Positions 1-9,031 of a stretch of DNA of 64,000 nt are shown piece by piece. Made by a program: the position numbers and the translations under genes. This DNA comes from Halanaerobiales bacterium. Its GTDB lineage: Bacteria > Bacillota > Halanaerobiia > Halanaerobiales > M55B127. Location of the stretch: contig JAWOEZ010000089.1 of assembly GCA_046482435.1 (NCBI GenBank), positions 1,183-65,182 of the forward strand, given 5' to 3'. Under the pieces are notes generated by a model. That model was not told the DNA's origin. It saw only the letters and a list, made by a program, of their open reading frames with translations, and did no database searches. Numbering within the stretch: the stretch's first letter is position 1; each line of letters begins with the position of its first letter.

Positions 1-620
1 CTTTCTAAAAAATCAATATAGTCTCCATTTTCAATAAAACATATATCTTGGCTATCAGGCTTATCATGTATCTTTAATTTATATTTTTTAGCCATTTCTC
101 TTATTTTTTCTTTTTTGAATTTCCCCATTGGAAAAAGTGTGTGCTCTAATTGGTCTTGGGACATTCTATAAAGCATATACGATTGGTCTTTATTGCGGTC
201 AACAGCTTTTTTTAATAAAGTTCTATTAGAATTATTGCGTTCGACTATAGCATAATGGCCTGTAGCCATAAATTCGGCATTAAATTCTTTAACTTTATCT
301 AGTAAAAAATTAAATTTAATCTTTCTGTTACATATAACACAAGGATTAGGAGTGCGAGCCTTTTCATATTCATTAATAAAATCATTTACTATTTCATTTT
401 GAAATTCTTCAGTAATATTTTCAATATAATGTTCTATACCAATTTGGCTAGCTACATTTTTTGCATCATTAACAGCAATTCTATCCTTTTCATTCAATTT
501 TTCATGCTTCGAAAACATTATAAATGTTACGCCTATTACTTCATAACCTTGTTCCTTTAAATAAGCAGCAGCTACCGAACTATCAACACCACCACTCATT
601 GCAACTATCACTTTTCCCAT
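1..620 (-). CDS. mnmA: tRNA 2-thiouridine(34) synthase MnmA (N-terminal ~206 aa; C-terminus lies outside the window)
   Basis: Own translation from the ATG at 620 gives MGKVIVAMSGGVDSSVAAAYLKEQGYEVIGV... (PP-loop SGGxDS) through ...DSQDICFIENGDYIDFLE at base 1. The frame stays open to the window edge. This gene is not in the ORF track. Confidence 0.9.
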   Translation of the reverse strand, partial: MGKVIVAMSGGVDSSVAAAYLKEQGYEVIGVTFIMFSKHEKLNEKDRIAVNDAKNVASQIGIEHYIENITEEFQNEIVNDFINEYEKARTPNPCVICNRKIKFNFLLDKVKEFNAEFMATGHYAIVERNNSNRTLLKKAVDRNKDQSYMLYRMSQDQLEHTLFPMGKFKKEKIREMAKKYKLKIHDKPDSQDICFIENGDYIDFLE

Positions 621-636
621 TTTTTATCTCCTTAAC

Positions 637-1062
637 TTAATCATCTTCTACTAACTGTAAAGATCTTTGTTTTAAATCCTCCAATGTTATACCACCCAGC
701 AAATCTTCAATTCGTTCCCTTAATTCAATCCATAATTCATGAGTAGCACATTTATTACTAAAGTCACAAAGAGATTCATCTTCAACACAATCAACAATAC
801 TTATTGGCCCTTCTAGCGCTACAAGTATTTCTCGTACAGTGATTTCTTCAGCGGATTTCTTTAATAAATAACCACCATTTGCACCCCTCACACTTTTGAC
901 TAAACCAGAATTTCTTAAATTAACAAATAACTGTTCTAAATATTGTTCAGAAATCTTTTGTTTTTCCGCAATTATTCTTAGGGGAATAGCACCTGAATTA
1001 TCGTTTTTAGACAATTCTATCATTGCTCTTAAACCATATCTACCTCTAGTTGATACTTTCAT
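637..1062 (-). CDS. Rrf2 family transcriptional regulator (CymR/IscR-like)
   Basis: MKVSTRGRYGLRAMIEL... is an Rrf2 winged-HTH N-terminus. There is a C-terminal Cys triad (CVEDESLCDFSNKC). Start moved to the ATG at 1062, which has GGAGG 9 nt upstream. Confidence 0.85.
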   Translation of the reverse strand: MKVSTRGRYGLRAMIELSKNDNSGAIPLRIIAEKQKISEQYLEQLFVNLRNSGLVKSVRGANGGYLLKKSAEEITVREILVALEGPISIVDCVEDESLCDFSNKCATHELWIELRERIEDLLGGITLEDLKQRSLQLVEDD

Positions 1063-1148
1063 TTTATAAAACCTCCATTGATGAGTAAACATATCATCTT
1101 TAATATATTTTAACACTTTTTACATATTATATCAATTAGAGATTAATT

Positions 1149-1775
1149 TCACAAATATAATTTCTTATTTATTTCAACTTCTACATTATTTCCTGTTTTT
1201 TCCACTAAAACATTTTCTAATTCTTCAAATATCTCTTCTCTTAAATAAAAAGATACATTGAGTCCCTCATTATTATATTTAGTGTTTTTTATTTTCCCAT
1301 CAAATGCTTCTATCTGCCCCAATATTGTCCCTACTTTATTATAGTTGCCACTAACTTTAACATAATAATATAACTTTAATTCTTTGATTCCAGCTTTATT
1401 TATTACCTTTTTAGCTGTATCTCCATAAGCTCTAATTAATCCTCCAATCCCTAATTCTGTACCTCCAAAATATCTAGTTACTACTACCACTGTATCAATT
1501 AAATCTGCTCCTTTGATAGTTTTTAAGATTGGAGGACCCGAAGACATAGAAGGCTCCCCATCATCATCATAACATTCTATATTTTCTTCTCCTCCCGATA
1601 TTACATAAGCACTCACATTATGACTGGCATCGTGATATTTGTTTTTTATATTATTAATATAATCCTCTGCCTCTTTTTTATTATCTACATTTTTGATATT
1701 GCCCCAAAATATACTGTCCTTAACCTTATTTTTTACTTCTAGAGAGGATTTAGGAATTTTAATTTTGCGTTTCAT
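1149..1775 (-). CDS. YigZ/IMPACT family protein (UPF0029)
   Basis: Motifs HNVSAYV, DDGEP..SGPPIL and VVVTRYFGGTELGIGGLIRAYG are typical of YigZ. ATG at 1775 follows AAGGTGA. Confidence 0.8.
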   Translation of the reverse strand: MKRKIKIPKSSLEVKNKVKDSIFWGNIKNVDNKKEAEDYINNIKNKYHDASHNVSAYVISGGEENIECYDDDGEPSMSSGPPILKTIKGADLIDTVVVVTRYFGGTELGIGGLIRAYGDTAKKVINKAGIKELKLYYYVKVSGNYNKVGTILGQIEAFDGKIKNTKYNNEGLNVSFYLREEIFEELENVLVEKTGNNVEVEINKKLYL

Positions 1776-1790
1776 CAATTATCACCTTTA

Positions 1791-3125
1791 CTAGCTATTA
1801 TTTTTCTTTTTGAGATTATCTAAAAATTTTTTGATTTTTTGTTCTTCACCCGAATTATTCCATTCAAGAAAATTTTGTTCTTTAATCTCTTCAGGAAAAT
1901 ATCTCTGTACTACATAATTATTTTCATAACTATGAGGATACTTATATGAAGCTTCACTATCTAAATTTTGGACTTCACTATAGTTAGAAGATCTTAAATG
2001 TAAAGGAACCGTACCGGTAGGATTACTTCTAATGTACTCAAGAGCTTTATCAATAGCCTTTACTACACTATTACTCTTAGGAGCACTCGCAATGTATATT
2101 ACAGCCTCTGCTAGTGGGATTCTTGCTTCTGGCATCCCTACTGTATTTACAGCATTAAACGCCGCACTTGCAATTAATAAGGCCCTAGGATCAGCTAAAC
2201 CTACATCTTCAGCCGCATGAATCACTATTCTTCTGGCTATAAATTTGGGATCTTCTCCTGCTTCAATCATTTTAGCCAGCCAGAACAAAGCAGCATCTGG
2301 GTCTGAACCTCGCATACTTTTAATTAATGCAGAAATATTGTCATAATGATTATCACCACTTTTATCATAATTTAAAGATTTTTTTTGTATTGAATTCATT
2401 ATTAAATCATGGTCTAGAATTATTTTGCCTTCTTTATTAACCGGAGTAGTAAGGACCGCAGCTTCTAGAGTATTTAAAGCCACTCTTGCATCTCCATTCG
2501 CGATTTCAGCAATATAGTCAATTGTATCAGAACTAATCTTCACATTATAATCCTGGAGACCTTTTTTAGAATTTAATGCATCTTTAATAATTTCTATAAT
2601 ATTTTCTTTTTTCAATGGATTTAATTGAAATATTCTAGATCTAGATAATAATGGGGAGTTTACTTCAAAATATGGGTTTTCAGTAGTAGCACCTATCATA
2701 ATAACAATACCTTTTTCAACTGCAGGCAATAAAGCATCTTGTTGTGCCTTATTAAATCTGTGAATCTCGTCTATAAATAGTATAGTGCCAGTATTATAAA
2801 GGTCTTTTTTTTCTTGGGCCTCCTTGATAATATCTCTGATATCACCAACTCCTGATGTAACGGCATTTAATACTTTGAAATCAGAATCTGTATTTTCAGC
2901 AATAACTGAGGCTATACTTGTTTTACCTGTACCTGGTGGCCCGTAAAGTATTAAGGACTGTATTTGATCTGATTTAATAGCTCTTCTTAAAATTTTATTT
3001 TCTCCCATTATATCTTCCTGGCCATATATTTCATCTAAAGTTTTGGGCCTCATTCTATAAGCAAGAGGTTCTTCCTTATTATTTGTATTTTCATTATTAC
3101 TTTTATTTTCGAAAAGATTTGGCAA
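1791..3125 (-). CDS. rarA: Replication-associated recombination protein A (AAA+ ATPase RarA/MgsA)
   Basis: Walker A GPPGTGKTS and Walker B FIDEIHRFNK are present, with a conserved MgsA C-terminal domain (DAALFWLAKMIEAGEDP). TTG start follows GAGGTGA. Confidence 0.9.
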   Translation of the reverse strand: MPNLFENKSNNENTNNKEEPLAYRMRPKTLDEIYGQEDIMGENKILRRAIKSDQIQSLILYGPPGTGKTSIASVIAENTDSDFKVLNAVTSGVGDIRDIIKEAQEKKDLYNTGTILFIDEIHRFNKAQQDALLPAVEKGIVIMIGATTENPYFEVNSPLLSRSRIFQLNPLKKENIIEIIKDALNSKKGLQDYNVKISSDTIDYIAEIANGDARVALNTLEAAVLTTPVNKEGKIILDHDLIMNSIQKKSLNYDKSGDNHYDNISALIKSMRGSDPDAALFWLAKMIEAGEDPKFIARRIVIHAAEDVGLADPRALLIASAAFNAVNTVGMPEARIPLAEAVIYIASAPKSNSVVKAIDKALEYIRSNPTGTVPLHLRSSNYSEVQNLDSEASYKYPHSYENNYVVQRYFPEEIKEQNFLEWNNSGEEQKIKKFLDNLKKKNNS

Positions 3126-3134
3126 AATATCACC

Positions 3135-3365
3135 TCAAAGAAAAATAGTTTCTTTTTCAGTCCCCATCAAATCAATTGGTATATCGTAGTCATCCCCTGA
3201 TAAACTACCAACTACAAATCCAGAAAAAACAACATCAAGTCTTTCAATATTATTAGAAATCTGACTTAAAAATATAACATGATAATCCCCATTATAGCCT
3301 ATCTTATAATCTTACTTTGAAAATATAAAGCTTGGAACTACTATAATATATAGATCATTATCCAT
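3135..3365 (-). pseudogene. Possible remnant of a small gene: a 76-codon frame broken by one in-frame TAA
   Basis: Own translation: MDNDLYIIVVPSFIFSK*DYKIGYNGDYHVIFLSQISNNIERLDVVFSGFVVGSLSGDDYDIPIDLMGTEKETIFL*. No SD precedes the ATG. An upstream 13-codon ORF (MLKPKEESKNRNG) with an SD sits in another frame. I recognise no family. Confidence 0.2.
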
Positions 3366-3749
3366 TTCTGTTTTTTGATTCTTCTTTTGGTTTTAACATA
3401 TTATATTATCCTCGTTTTAAATTCTGATCAAAATTTTCTATTTTAAATATTTTCATTTGTCTTATCTCATTAACATTATCTGGAACAAATATATTTATAA
3501 TCCTCAGACAACCTTCTTTTAATTAAATTATGAATATAACTTTGTTTCTAAAAGATAAAAATCATAAAACTTTTTGATTATTTTCTATGATATGCATATG
3601 TAATTAATCAGTTATTATGACACTTTTTTTAATTTTAAACGATAGATCCTGTCTATTAACAAAATAATCCTTCCTTATTTCACTTTTCTTCTTGAAAGTA
3701 CTCAACTCTTAAGATTATTATACTACAATAATTATATATTTTAAAATAA

Positions 3750-3958
3750 AAAAATCCCCTTACCGGGGAAATAATGAAGCCCACTGTGCCGCTGGTATCA
3801 TTTAATTTTGATCCCTTACCGCCAAGTGGGTGCCCTCCTATTTGGTTTGTATGTCCTCTAAAGAGGCATATACGCTGCAAACAGAGACCAGGCTCCCTTT
3901 CAAAGAATGTTGGTCAAAATTTCTTATAACCCTGGCAAACAAAGCAGACTTTATCATT
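3750..3958 (-). ncRNA. ssrS: 6S RNA candidate (SsrS/BsrA-like)
   Basis: A ~200-nt non-coding, GC-enriched island lies directly downstream of aspS, the position of B. subtilis bsrA. It folds by eye into a rod: 5' AAGUCUGC pairs with 3' GUGGGCUU, AAUUUUGACC pairs with GGAUCAAAAUU, and there is an apical hairpin UAUGCCUCU/AGAGGACAUA around a large central unpaired region. It has its own promoter (3965..3993) and ends in a short hairpin UCCCCGGUAAGGGGA plus a U7 run. Confidence 0.55.
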
Positions 3959-3964
3959 AACTAT

Positions 3965-3993
3965 ATATTACCATAAAGTTTTTAGTATTTCAA
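3965..3993 (-). promoter_or_regulatory. Sigma-70-type promoter for the 6S RNA candidate
   Basis: TTGAAA-17 nt-TAATAT on the minus strand. The -35 overlaps the aspS stop codon. Confidence 0.45.
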
Positions 3994-5771
3994 TCTAAAT
4001 CAATTAAATTTATATGAAGTTCATTAAGTTGTTTTTTTTCTACAGTTGAAGGTGCATTGGTTAATGGAGAAGTAGCCTTTTGCGTTTTAGGAAAAGCAAT
4101 AACATTTCGTATTGAGTCTGTTTTTCCTAAAATCATAATAATCCGATCAAGACCTAAAGCGATTCCTCCGTGAGGAGGGGTCCCATATTCAAAAGCATCC
4201 ATTAAAAAACCAAATTTATTTTTAATCTCTTCTTCAGTAAAGTTCATTACATCAAATATTTTATGTTGAAGTTGCTTATTGTTAATTCTAATACTTCCCC
4301 CACCTAATTCTTCACCATTTAAAACAATATCATATGAATTAGCTTTTATATTATTTAAATTATCTTCCAATTTATCGATGTCTTCAGATAATGGTGCAGT
4401 AAATGGATGGTGTTTTGCAACATACCTTTCATCCTCTTCATTATATTCAAATAAAGGAAAATTAACAATCCATGTAAACTTATATTCATCCTCATCAATT
4501 AAATCTAACTCTTCCCCTAGTTTTACTCTAAGTTGTCCCAGAGAGTTAGCTACAACTTTAGGTTTATCAGCTACAAATAACATTAAATCCCCAGATCGAC
4601 CTTCCATTCTTTCAACAATCTGTGAAATTTCTTTATCAGATAAAAATTTCGAAATAGGTGAATTTATTTTACCCTCTTTGATTTTGATCCAAACTAAACC
4701 TTTTGCCTCATATAATTTTACAAAATCTTCAAGTTCATCAATTTGGCTTCTTGAAAAATCCGAGCCATTTTTAACTTTTAGACCTTTAACCTGTCCACCC
4801 TGTTGTACTGTACTGCTAAAAATGTTGAAATCACTATCTTCAACAATATCCGAAATATTTTTTAATTTCATATTAAACCTTAAATCAGGTTTATCTAAAC
4901 CGTATAGATTAATAGCTTCTTGATATGTCATTACAGGAACATCTTCAGGTAATTCTATATCTTTTAAAGCAAATATTTTTCTTAATAAATTTTCAGTTAA
5001 TTCAAATATATCTTCTCTTGTTATAAATGACATTTCTATATCTATTTGAGTAAATTCTGGCTGCCTATTCGCTCTTAAGTCTTCATCTCGGAAACATTTT
5101 GCAATTTGGAAGTATCTCTCCATTCCAGAGACCATTAGTAACTGTTTAAATAATTGTGGTGATTGAGGCAAAGCATAAAAATGACCGGGATTAATCCTGC
5201 TGGGAACTAGATAATCCCTGGCTCCTTCTGGAGTGCTTTTAGTTAAAAGAGGAGTTTCTATTTCCCAAAAATCTTTCTTATCAAGAAAATCTCTTGTCTT
5301 TTTCACAGCATTATGCCTTAGTTCCATCATATCTCGCATCATAGGTCTTCTTAAATCTAAATATCTATACTTTAATCTTAAATTCTCACCGGGATTCACA
5401 TTATTATCTATTAAAAAAGGGGTAGTATCGGCTTCATCTAAAATTCTTAATTCATGACCTTCTATTTCTACTCTACCCGTAGGTAGTTCATAATTAATAT
5501 TTCCCTCAGGGCGTTTTCTTACAGACCCTTTTACTGCTACTACATATTCTGATCTCAATTCTTCCGCTAACTTGAAAGCTTCTTTATTAAGGTCTGGGTT
5601 GAATACCACCTGGACAAAACCAGAACGATCTCTTACATCAATAAAAATAACTCCACCATGATCTCTTCTTTTTTGAACCCAACCCATAATTGATACTTCA
5701 TCTTTCTCATTATTAATATTTAATTTTCCACAATTATGTGTGCGATCAAATCCATCTAATTTACCTAACAC
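3990..5771 (-). CDS. aspS: Aspartate--tRNA ligase
   Basis: 593 aa with class II aaRS motifs (FRDEDLRANRQPEFTQID, GGGSIR, GLDR). GTG start follows AAGGAGG. Confidence 0.95.
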   Translation of the reverse strand: MLGKLDGFDRTHNCGKLNINNEKDEVSIMGWVQKRRDHGGVIFIDVRDRSGFVQVVFNPDLNKEAFKLAEELRSEYVVAVKGSVRKRPEGNINYELPTGRVEIEGHELRILDEADTTPFLIDNNVNPGENLRLKYRYLDLRRPMMRDMMELRHNAVKKTRDFLDKKDFWEIETPLLTKSTPEGARDYLVPSRINPGHFYALPQSPQLFKQLLMVSGMERYFQIAKCFRDEDLRANRQPEFTQIDIEMSFITREDIFELTENLLRKIFALKDIELPEDVPVMTYQEAINLYGLDKPDLRFNMKLKNISDIVEDSDFNIFSSTVQQGGQVKGLKVKNGSDFSRSQIDELEDFVKLYEAKGLVWIKIKEGKINSPISKFLSDKEISQIVERMEGRSGDLMLFVADKPKVVANSLGQLRVKLGEELDLIDEDEYKFTWIVNFPLFEYNEEDERYVAKHHPFTAPLSEDIDKLEDNLNNIKANSYDIVLNGEELGGGSIRINNKQLQHKIFDVMNFTEEEIKNKFGFLMDAFEYGTPPHGGIALGLDRIIMILGKTDSIRNVIAFPKTQKATSPLTNAPSTVEKKQLNELHINLIDLD

Positions 5772-5785
5772 AAATAATGCCTCCT

Positions 5786-7042
5786 TTAGACCATCTTCTC
5801 AATACTCTCTACTAACTTATCTAATTTAATTTCTTGCTCTATCCCATTTTTCATATTTCTAACAGTAGCCTTACCACTTTTTAACTCATTCTCTCCAATT
5901 ATTACTGTGAAGTTAGCATTCATTCTATCAGCGGATTTCATCTGTCCGCCTACACTTCTACCTTGATAATCTATTTCAGCCTTTATACCTTTTTTTCTAA
6001 ACTTTTCAAGTAATTCAAAAGAAGCAAATTTTGCTTTCTGCCCAATTGTAGTTAAATATATATCAATACTTTTATCTACTGGAATTTCGATTTCCTGTTT
6101 TTCAAGGGTAAGTAATAATCTCTCAATACCAAGAGCAAAACCTATTCCGGGTATCTCCCTTCCACCAATCTCTTCAGCCAATTTATCATACCTTCCACCA
6201 CCAAATATTGTATCTTGGGCTCCTAAACCTTCATATTTAACCTCAAAAGCTGTTTTGGTATAATAATCTAATCCTCTTACCAGAGTAGGGTCTATTTCAT
6301 AAGAAATATTAATACTTTCTAAATTACTCTCTAAACTGTTGAAATGTGTTTCACATTCTTCACAAAGATGTTCCGTAATTTTCGGAGCATTCTGTATTGT
6401 TTCCTGACAACTATCATTTTTACAATCAAGAACCCTTAAAGGATTTTTATCAATTCTGTTTTTACAATTTTCGCATAAATTTTCCATATTTTCTTTAAGA
6501 TAATCCTTTAAATTATCTAGATATTTAGGTCTACAATCGGGGCAACCGATAGAATTAATGTATAATTGTAAATCTTTTAAACCTAATAGTTCCATATAAT
6601 GCATCCCTACAGCGATAACTTCAACATCTACCATAGGATCTTTAGTTCCAAAAACTTCTACACCAAGTTGATTAAACTGTCTATATCTCCCGGCTTGAGG
6701 TCTTTCATATCTGAACATAGGTCCAATATAAAAATATTTTGTAGGTTGTGCTTTACCATAGATTTTGTTTTCAAGAAAGGATCTAACAACCGAAGCAGTC
6801 CCTTCTGGTCTGAGGGTTAAACTTCTGCCTGATTTATCTTCAAAAGTATACATTTCTTTTTCTACAATATCAGTCGCTTCACCTATCCCCCTTTGAAACA
6901 ATTCAGTATATTCAAAAATTGGGGTTCTTATTTCTTCATAATTATATAAATCAAATATATATTTAGCCTTCGACTCAATATAGTTCCATTTACCTGATTC
7001 TGGTGGTAATATATCATTTGTACCCCGTGGAGCATTTATCAT
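5786..7042 (-). CDS. hisS: Histidine--tRNA ligase
   Basis: 418 aa with GTNDILP, LRPEGTA, YERPQAGRYRQF and GGGRYD motifs. It sits 14 nt upstream of aspS. Confidence 0.95.
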   Translation of the reverse strand: MINAPRGTNDILPPESGKWNYIESKAKYIFDLYNYEEIRTPIFEYTELFQRGIGEATDIVEKEMYTFEDKSGRSLTLRPEGTASVVRSFLENKIYGKAQPTKYFYIGPMFRYERPQAGRYRQFNQLGVEVFGTKDPMVDVEVIAVGMHYMELLGLKDLQLYINSIGCPDCRPKYLDNLKDYLKENMENLCENCKNRIDKNPLRVLDCKNDSCQETIQNAPKITEHLCEECETHFNSLESNLESINISYEIDPTLVRGLDYYTKTAFEVKYEGLGAQDTIFGGGRYDKLAEEIGGREIPGIGFALGIERLLLTLEKQEIEIPVDKSIDIYLTTIGQKAKFASFELLEKFRKKGIKAEIDYQGRSVGGQMKSADRMNANFTVIIGENELKSGKATVRNMKNGIEQEIKLDKLVESIEKMV

Positions 7043-7081
7043 AATTTTTCACCCTTATTTATATATTTGATACTATTCTCA

Positions 7082-8278
7082 TTAATTATTATCTGGATTA
7101 CTTTTTTCTAATTCTTCTTCAATAGAAGATGAGTCAGAAGATGAGTCTTCGCTTGGTTCTTCGGTTTGTTGTTGATTCTGTCTTTCTTCCTGAATCTCAG
7201 TTACTTTCTGCATTTCTCTTTCGGCTTCATCACTAGCACCAATATTATTGAAAGCCATAAACAATTGGTAATGTGCATAATAGTTATTTCCAGCTAATTC
7301 AGAAGCTTGGTTATATTGTTTAATTGCTTTTTCATTTTCTTCTCTTTCAGCATAATAATCACCGAAATTTATTCTGAGCTCCCAATTTTCTGGGTATTCT
7401 TCTATTGCAGTGTTATAAGTTTCTAATGCATCTTCATACTGATCTGCACCAGTATATGCTTGAGCTAAATATATAAATAAACTGGCTGAATCATTATCGT
7501 TTTCAATTATATTTTCAAAACTCTCTATTGCCACTTCATAATCTTCTTGATCTAAAGCATTATATGCAAATAATACGGGGTCATTAATTGTAACATTTGC
7601 TTCCGTTTTTTTATTTTCTAACCAGTTATCATAAACATCGTTCTGTTTTTGAGTTAACAGAGTTTCTTTAATATCTGAACGTACTTCTTCTAGTTCAGGT
7701 TTATCTTCACTATCCTCATATTTCTCCTCATAAGCATCTTGGATTTCATCTTCCGTAACTTCTATATTACTATATGTGGATTCTTTTACTTTACCAATTT
7801 TTTCAGAATTAACTAAACTCTCCCTAATATCTGCTTTAAACTGATCATAAGTATAATCTTGGCTTTCCAAATTATCAATTAATTCATCTTCAGTTAAATT
7901 ATTTTCTTCGAGAATTTCATCTATCCTATTTTCAATTGACTCGTCATCTACCTCTACTTCTATTCCCATTTCTTCTGCTTCGGATAATAATATTTCTCTT
8001 TCTATCATCGAATTTAAAACCTTCAATCTAAATGGAATCACTTCAGCCTGAGTTAAATTATCTGCTTGAGAGGAGGAATTTCTTAACACAGATAAAAACT
8101 GTTGTGGGGTAATACCTTTATCATTAACTTTGGCTATATATTGCGAAGAAGGATTATTATCTCTAGGATTACCCTGATTCATGTAAGAGCCAAAACCCAT
8201 TAAACCCCCTGTAACTACAAAAGCAGCTACAACAATATAAACAATAATTTTACTATTATTCCTTAAATTATCAAACAT
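7082..8278 (-). CDS. SurA N-terminal-domain / TPR repeat protein (PpiD-like periplasmic chaperone candidate), membrane anchored
   Basis: N-terminus MFDNLRNNSKIIVYIVVAAFVV is a PpiD/SurA_N-type anchor followed by AKVNDKGIT. The C-terminal half is TPR-like, with a very acidic tail. Start moved to the ATG at 8278 after AAGGAGTGA. Confidence 0.6.
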   Translation of the reverse strand: MFDNLRNNSKIIVYIVVAAFVVTGGLMGFGSYMNQGNPRDNNPSSQYIAKVNDKGITPQQFLSVLRNSSSQADNLTQAEVIPFRLKVLNSMIEREILLSEAEEMGIEVEVDDESIENRIDEILEENNLTEDELIDNLESQDYTYDQFKADIRESLVNSEKIGKVKESTYSNIEVTEDEIQDAYEEKYEDSEDKPELEEVRSDIKETLLTQKQNDVYDNWLENKKTEANVTINDPVLFAYNALDQEDYEVAIESFENIIENDNDSASLFIYLAQAYTGADQYEDALETYNTAIEEYPENWELRINFGDYYAEREENEKAIKQYNQASELAGNNYYAHYQLFMAFNNIGASDEAEREMQKVTEIQEERQNQQQTEEPSEDSSSDSSSIEEELEKSNPDNN

Positions 8279-8336
8279 TTTAGTCACTCCTTAAAGTGTA
8301 TAAAAATATTAGCATAACATAATGACATCTTTTATA

Positions 8337-8365
8337 ATTTTAACTTATTGATTTTGAAAAGTCAA
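8337..8365 (-). promoter_or_regulatory. Sigma-70-type promoter upstream of the SurA/TPR-hisS-aspS genes
   Basis: TTGACT-17 nt-TAAAAT on the minus strand. Confidence 0.4.
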
Positions 8366-8392
8366 CATTAAAACCATATTAACTTTCTAGAT

Positions 8393-9019
8393 TTAAAGTC
8401 TTTCCCAAACTTTTACTTTAAATTCGCCTATCTTTGTTGCCTGCCCATGCCCCGGATATACTTCTACATCTTCTGGAAGTGGTAAAATTTTGTTTTCAAT
8501 AGAATCGATTAATTCTGCTTGTGAAGATCCGGGAAAATCAGTTCTACCTACTCCCATACTAAATATTGTATCTCCACTAATCAAAACTTTATTGTCTCCA
8601 TCAAACAAACAAATACTTCCCGGACTATGTCCTGGAGTATGCAATACTTCAAATTTGTAATCTTCTATTTTAATAATATCTCCTTCATTAATCGTATAAT
8701 CTGCTTTATCTAGCTTTAGATGATTATTCTTACCAAGATGTGTAGATAAATTTTTATTCGGATTTATTAGGGCTTCACTATCACTTTCGTGTATATAAAT
8801 TTTAGCACCTGTTTTCTCCTTCAATTCTTGATTAGCTGAGATATGATCAAAGTGACCATGGGTATTAACAATTTTTTTAACCTTGACATCATTTTTATTT
8901 ATCATATCCATTATTTTGTTAATATCGTCTCCAGGATCAATTACTATTGCCTTTGAATTTTTCTTACCAATTAAATAACAGTTGGTAAAGTTGACACCAA
9001 CTGTTTCCGAAACAATCAT
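8393..9019 (-). CDS. MBL-fold metallo-hydrolase
   Basis: HxHxDH motif (THGHFDH) and HTPGHSPG are present. 208 aa. Confidence 0.85.
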   Translation of the reverse strand: MIVSETVGVNFTNCYLIGKKNSKAIVIDPGDDINKIMDMINKNDVKVKKIVNTHGHFDHISANQELKEKTGAKIYIHESDSEALINPNKNLSTHLGKNNHLKLDKADYTINEGDIIKIEDYKFEVLHTPGHSPGSICLFDGDNKVLISGDTIFSMGVGRTDFPGSSQAELIDSIENKILPLPEDVEVYPGHGQATKIGEFKVKVWERL

Positions 9020-9031
9020 ATTAAAACCTCC

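Noticed and set aside
3680-3880. A 66-aa minus-strand ORF (MQRICLFRGHTNQIGGHPLGG...).
   Set aside because: It overlaps the structured 6S RNA candidate and its terminator. It has no SD and odd composition, so it is more parsimoniously non-coding.
4279-4923. A 214-aa plus-strand ORF, together with similar plus-strand ORFs at 2032..2220, 5233..5457, 6599..6820, 15477..15770, 20015..20356, 27695..28009, 36105..36795, 38308..38631, 40893..41210, 44932..45267, 46112..46405, 52525..52926 and 56543..57118.
   Set aside because: All lie entirely antisense to well-supported conserved minus-strand genes. They have Ser/Leu/Phe/Ile-rich low-complexity composition, typical of the reverse complement of AT-rich coding DNA. 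None has a convincing SD. They are shadow ORFs.
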